DNA from: Octopus bimaculoides
Lineage: Eukaryota
Length of the DNA: 40,746 nucleotides
Direction of reading: 5' to 3'
Assembly: GCF_001194135.2 (NCBI RefSeq)
Contig: NC_068981.1
Location: 28,711,233 to 28,751,978 of the forward strand
A program made the position numbers and the translations under genes. The notes beneath the pieces were generated by a model. The model was not told the origin of the DNA. It was given only the letters and a program-made list of their open reading frames with translations, and did no database searches. Each line of letters starts with the position of its first letter. Position 1 is the first letter of the stretch. This document shows positions 37,048 to 40,746 of this stretch, piece after piece.

Positions 37048-37444
37048 CTTCGTCTTTTCTTTTTTTTGTGGATTCTCCCCATATATTACACGCTCATGTG
37101 GTCGCACCAGTGAATCCTGTCTCCTCTCATCACCCACGAATTTCTACGGATTCTCTACTGGACTTTTTACACTTCGGATGCACCTCTCCTGCCTATCGAT
37201 TACACTGGACTCCTCTTCTCTGTTAATGAAAAATCGCTCCAGTACACCACAACGTCTGAAGCTTTTGAACCTTTTGAACTTTTCGTAATTTTTTTCTTCT
37301 CTTCTTGTTTCTTTCTGTGTTCCTTTCTGTGGAAGAGCGTAGGCTCGAAACGTTAAAGACTTTTTCACTTCCCGAGCGTTATACTAATGCGTCTGTTTGT
37401 TGTCTACACCACCTGTCTTCGTCTTTTGTTGTTTTGTTAATTCT

Positions 37445-37450
<6 letters not shown>
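37045..37450 (+). mobile_element. Penelope/retrozyme-like unit with terminal direct repeat and hammerhead-like motif
   Basis: TGTCTTCGTCTTTT...ATTCTCCC at 37045-37080 and 37414-37448 (369-bp period); motif at 37323-37358; homologous to 13905-14075. Confidence 0.6.
37323..37358 (+). ncRNA. Hammerhead-like motif, non-canonical core (U at position 6)
   Basis: CTTT-CTGTGGA-A-GAGC-GTAG-GCTC-GAAA-CG-TT-AAAG: stems I and II perfect, ACGT palindrome, core CUGUGGA instead of CUGANGA. Confidence 0.5.
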
Positions 37451-37485
<35 letters not shown>

Positions 37486-37486
<1 letters not shown>

Positions 37487-37700
37487 CTTTCAAATTATGG
37501 CACAAGACCAGCAATTTTGGAGCAGGGGACAAATCGATAACATTACACCCAAGTGTTCAACTGGTACTTATTTCATAAAACCTGAAAGGATGAAAAGTAA
37601 AGTAAACCCGCGCGGCATTTGAACTCAGACCCTAATGGCGGATGAAATGCCACTAGGCCTTTGCTCTAGCGTGCTAACGATTATGCTAGCTCGCTGCCTT
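37486..37700 (-). mobile_element. SINE family A, diverged copy
   Basis: Reverse complement AAGGCAGCGAGCTAGCATAATCGTTAGCACGC...GAGTTCAAATGCC...TTGTGCCATAATTTGAAAG. Confidence 0.75.
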
Positions 37701-38094
37701 TACGTGTGATATATTTTGAAATGAGTAGGGTGGCTTATGATTGTTGTTACGCTGATTACTGTGATGATATATTTACCGAGATAACACAAACACTAATATT
37801 TCCATGATAGTTCAATGTATCACGTTGCTTTGAATATACGACGATTCAATATGAGTGCCGATGACTGCAACGACCTGTCTTGAGAGTGTCACACAGCTAG
37901 TCTTCTAGTTCCAGTCATCTAGTTGATTATACGGTTGCCAGAAAGTTTGTGATTATGTTGTTCTTTTGTCATTTCTGAAAAAATCCTTCTATGTCTTATC
38001 TATATTTGCTTGCTTGGATAGTTGCTTCAACATCATTACGATTCGGCAGCCATGTGAGGAAGCATGTGTCTGAGTAGCAATATTGAGTATTATT

Positions 38095-38303
38095 TAAAGT
38101 GACTAGCTGGCAGAAACGTCAACACGCCGAGGGAAATGCTTAGCGGTATTTCTTCTGCCGTTACGTTCTGAGTTCAAATTCCGCTGAGGTCGACTTTGCC
38201 TTTCGGCGTCGATTAAATAAGTACCAGTTACGCACTGATTTCGATCTAATCGACTGGCCCTCTCTCCCAAAATTTCGGGCCTTGTGCCTAGAGTAGAAAA
38301 AAG
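38095..38303 (+). mobile_element. SINE family A, full length with perfect 15-bp TSD
   Basis: TSD ATATTGAGTATTATT at 38080-38094 and 38304-38318; B-box GAGTTCAAATTCC. Confidence 0.9.
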
Positions 38304-40299
38304 ATATTGAGTATTATTCACCCTGTCTTCCTCTAGGTACACAGTTCATGTCTATGAAGAGAGAATCACAGGTAGGCCTGTCTTATTTTTGCATCTGCAT
38401 TACTTTCTCGTTTATGAATTATCTGAAGTGATTCAGTTCCAAGGCATTAGTAGAATTACTAGTACACGATCAAGTATGCTCTTGCTTTTCTAGTAATTTT
38501 GTCTATTACAGCTATTTTAATAGTGTTTTCTATATTAATGAAATTTATGGCTGCAACTTTTCATGCAATGCTTTAATGTTGAAACATCGTATGTTCAGTT
38601 ATAGTATACCTAATAACACTGTTAAATATAATTTAAATATAGTATTGAACTGTGAACAAAGAATCTTCAGCGAATGGTTAATTCCTTCAAACAAAGACTC
38701 TATATTGAAGCGTACAGAAGGTCTTACTTTTTTGAAACTTTCGGATATTTGTGGTCACCCCATGTTTCTATATCGCTTTCTTGTCTTTCTTCGATACTCT
38801 ATCATATTTTTCAATATTTTCATGAAACCCTTCGTTTCTCTTTCAAATATTTACTTACTTAAATAATTTCAAACCATTTTCCATCATCCTATAAGAATTT
38901 AATTTTCATTTCAGCACGCCTTAGTGTATATCTTGCATTACTGAAACAGATTTTGTTTTTAGATTTATACCACGGTCATATTCATGGAAGTGGGACACGT
39001 CATTCAAAAATTAGACTCCATTGAGCCGTGTGCTAATTCCGCCTTGCTTCTTTTTCATACATTCCTCCTATCATTAACGTTGATGCTTTTAACGTGCTGG
39101 ATAAAACGCAGTGTATTCAAAACATTGTCATTGTTCAACATAATACCAAATCTGATTGGCCACACATATTATCAAAGAAATTCCAGCAGTCCCCAGTCCA
39201 CCATTATTCCATATGTAGCATAACTAGGACTACACTGCCTAATGTGTCCTTCACCTTTTTAAAACTGTGGAGTGATATTTTACAGAGACTTAACTTCTGC
39301 ACATGGTTCAACCTCATATTGAATAAGATAACTGTGATTTCAGTGCTCTACTATTCATTATAAAAAGAAACATGAGTAGTAATGCAGTATTAGCCATAAT
39401 AAAGCACAACTCCTATTATCCTCGTCTGATTTACGACAGGCAGACATTTGTCGTTTTAGGAGACAGTATGTTCTTCTTTTCCGAAATGTGATTCCAAATT
39501 CTCTCGTTTTGTCTTTTTTATGAGACCGCTTTCGTATTGTATTCATTTTATTTTCTTTATATATTTATAATCTTCTATTACAAATGTTTCTGTTTTTTAC
39601 TTAAAATGTATTTTTACCTTAAGTAAATCCATTATTTATTTATGTCCACATCATTTTGTAGTTTTATTTATTGAAGTTTATTTTTCTCACGTCCAAGAAA
39701 CTTTATTCAAAGATGACTTCTGACTTAAATAAAATAAATTACACAACACTTTCATTCTTTATTGTTTTTCCATACAATTCAAGAATTACTTACTCCACCC
39801 CTGTTTAAAGAAAATTAAGCATTGTTCTCTGCAATGTAAAATTCGTTCTTGCTTATTTTAAAGAGTGCTTTATTTTTGTCCTTATTTTGTTCTTATTGTG
39901 CTGATGGTGTTAATATAATGGCTGTCCTTGTTGTTTTAGGTGAAGCTATCTTCCGCTCAAATATTCTGTTGCAGTTTATGTCATTGTTGCTGTTGTTACG
40001 ACTCTTTAAATACATTTTAATGTTGTTTTAGCGGTTATTTATATAATTTCATTTATGAGTAAAGTGGATGGTTTTGCTGTTAATATCAATGTTGTTTTGT
40101 TGTTATTCGTTGTTGTTGTTGCTGTTGTTGTTTTACAAGTGGTTGCAGCTAAACTACTGCTATCGTTGTTGTCTTCTTACTGACGTTATTGTTACTCAAG
40201 GCTCCGTCGCTATTGATTCTCTTCGTTAGGAGATATCCATGAGGAGATATTTAACTTTATCTTCATAAGCATTAGTAATGAAGGTTATGCTTAAGAATC

Positions 40300-40414
40300 A
40301 TTTTTATCACAATTTTTCCTTTCTTTCGTTCGTTCTTTCTTTCGTTCTTTCTTTCCTTCTTTCTTTCTCTCAGTTTCTTTCTCTCTATTTTTCTCTCTCT
40401 CTCTCTCTTTCCAT

Positions 40415-40472
<58 letters not shown>
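40300..40472. repeat. (TTTC)n/(CT)n/(TATC)n compound microsatellite
   Basis: Direct. Confidence 0.9.
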
Positions 40473-40474
40473 CA

Positions 40475-40746
40475 CAGGAGTGGCTGTGTGGTAAGTAGCT
40501 TGCCTAACAACCACATGGTTCCGGGTTCAGTCCCACTGCGTGGCACCTTGGGCAAGTGTCTGCTGCTATAGCTTCGGGCCGACCTAAGCCTTGTGAGTGG
40601 ATTTGGTAGTCGGAAACTGAAAGAAGCCCGTCGTATATATGTATATATATATATATATATGTATGTGTGTTTGCATGTTTGTGTGTCTGTGTTTGTCCCC
40701 CTAGCATTGCTTGACAACCGATGCTGGTGTGGTTATGTCCCCGTCA
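40475..40746 (+). mobile_element. SINE family B, runs off the window end
   Basis: GGAGTGGCTGTGTGGTAAG...GGTTCAGTCCC...GGCAAGTGTC...GAAAGAAGCCCGTCG(TA)n; colinear with 1828-2070. Confidence 0.9.

Overview
Eukaryotic, AT-rich, non-coding (intergenic or large-intron) DNA from a draft assembly with ten N-gaps (6860-6869, 7823-8539, 14314-14438, 23299-24278, 24647-24656, ~30755-30764, ~31731-31868, ~32766-33086, ~35496-36002, ~36790-36991). The repeat landscape looks like a coleoid cephalopod, probably Octopus (inference from recalled repeat families, no search run). No intact protein-coding gene is supported; almost all ORF-track entries are microsatellite or N-gap artefacts. The window holds microsatellites, at least four tRNA-derived SINE families (labelled A-D here), a 127-bp Tc1/mariner MITE, a decayed mariner transposase, an APE-type (CR1/L2-like) LINE missing its RT domain, and fragments of several RLE-type (R2-superfamily) retrotransposons. 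The main finding is a set of minimal type-I hammerhead-ribozyme motifs of the Penelope/retrozyme kind: six placed copies in two families. One family is a composite element (tRNA-like Pol III head, (AAT)n spacer, hammerhead, (TGTAAATAA)n tail) present three times, including a head-to-head palindromic pair.
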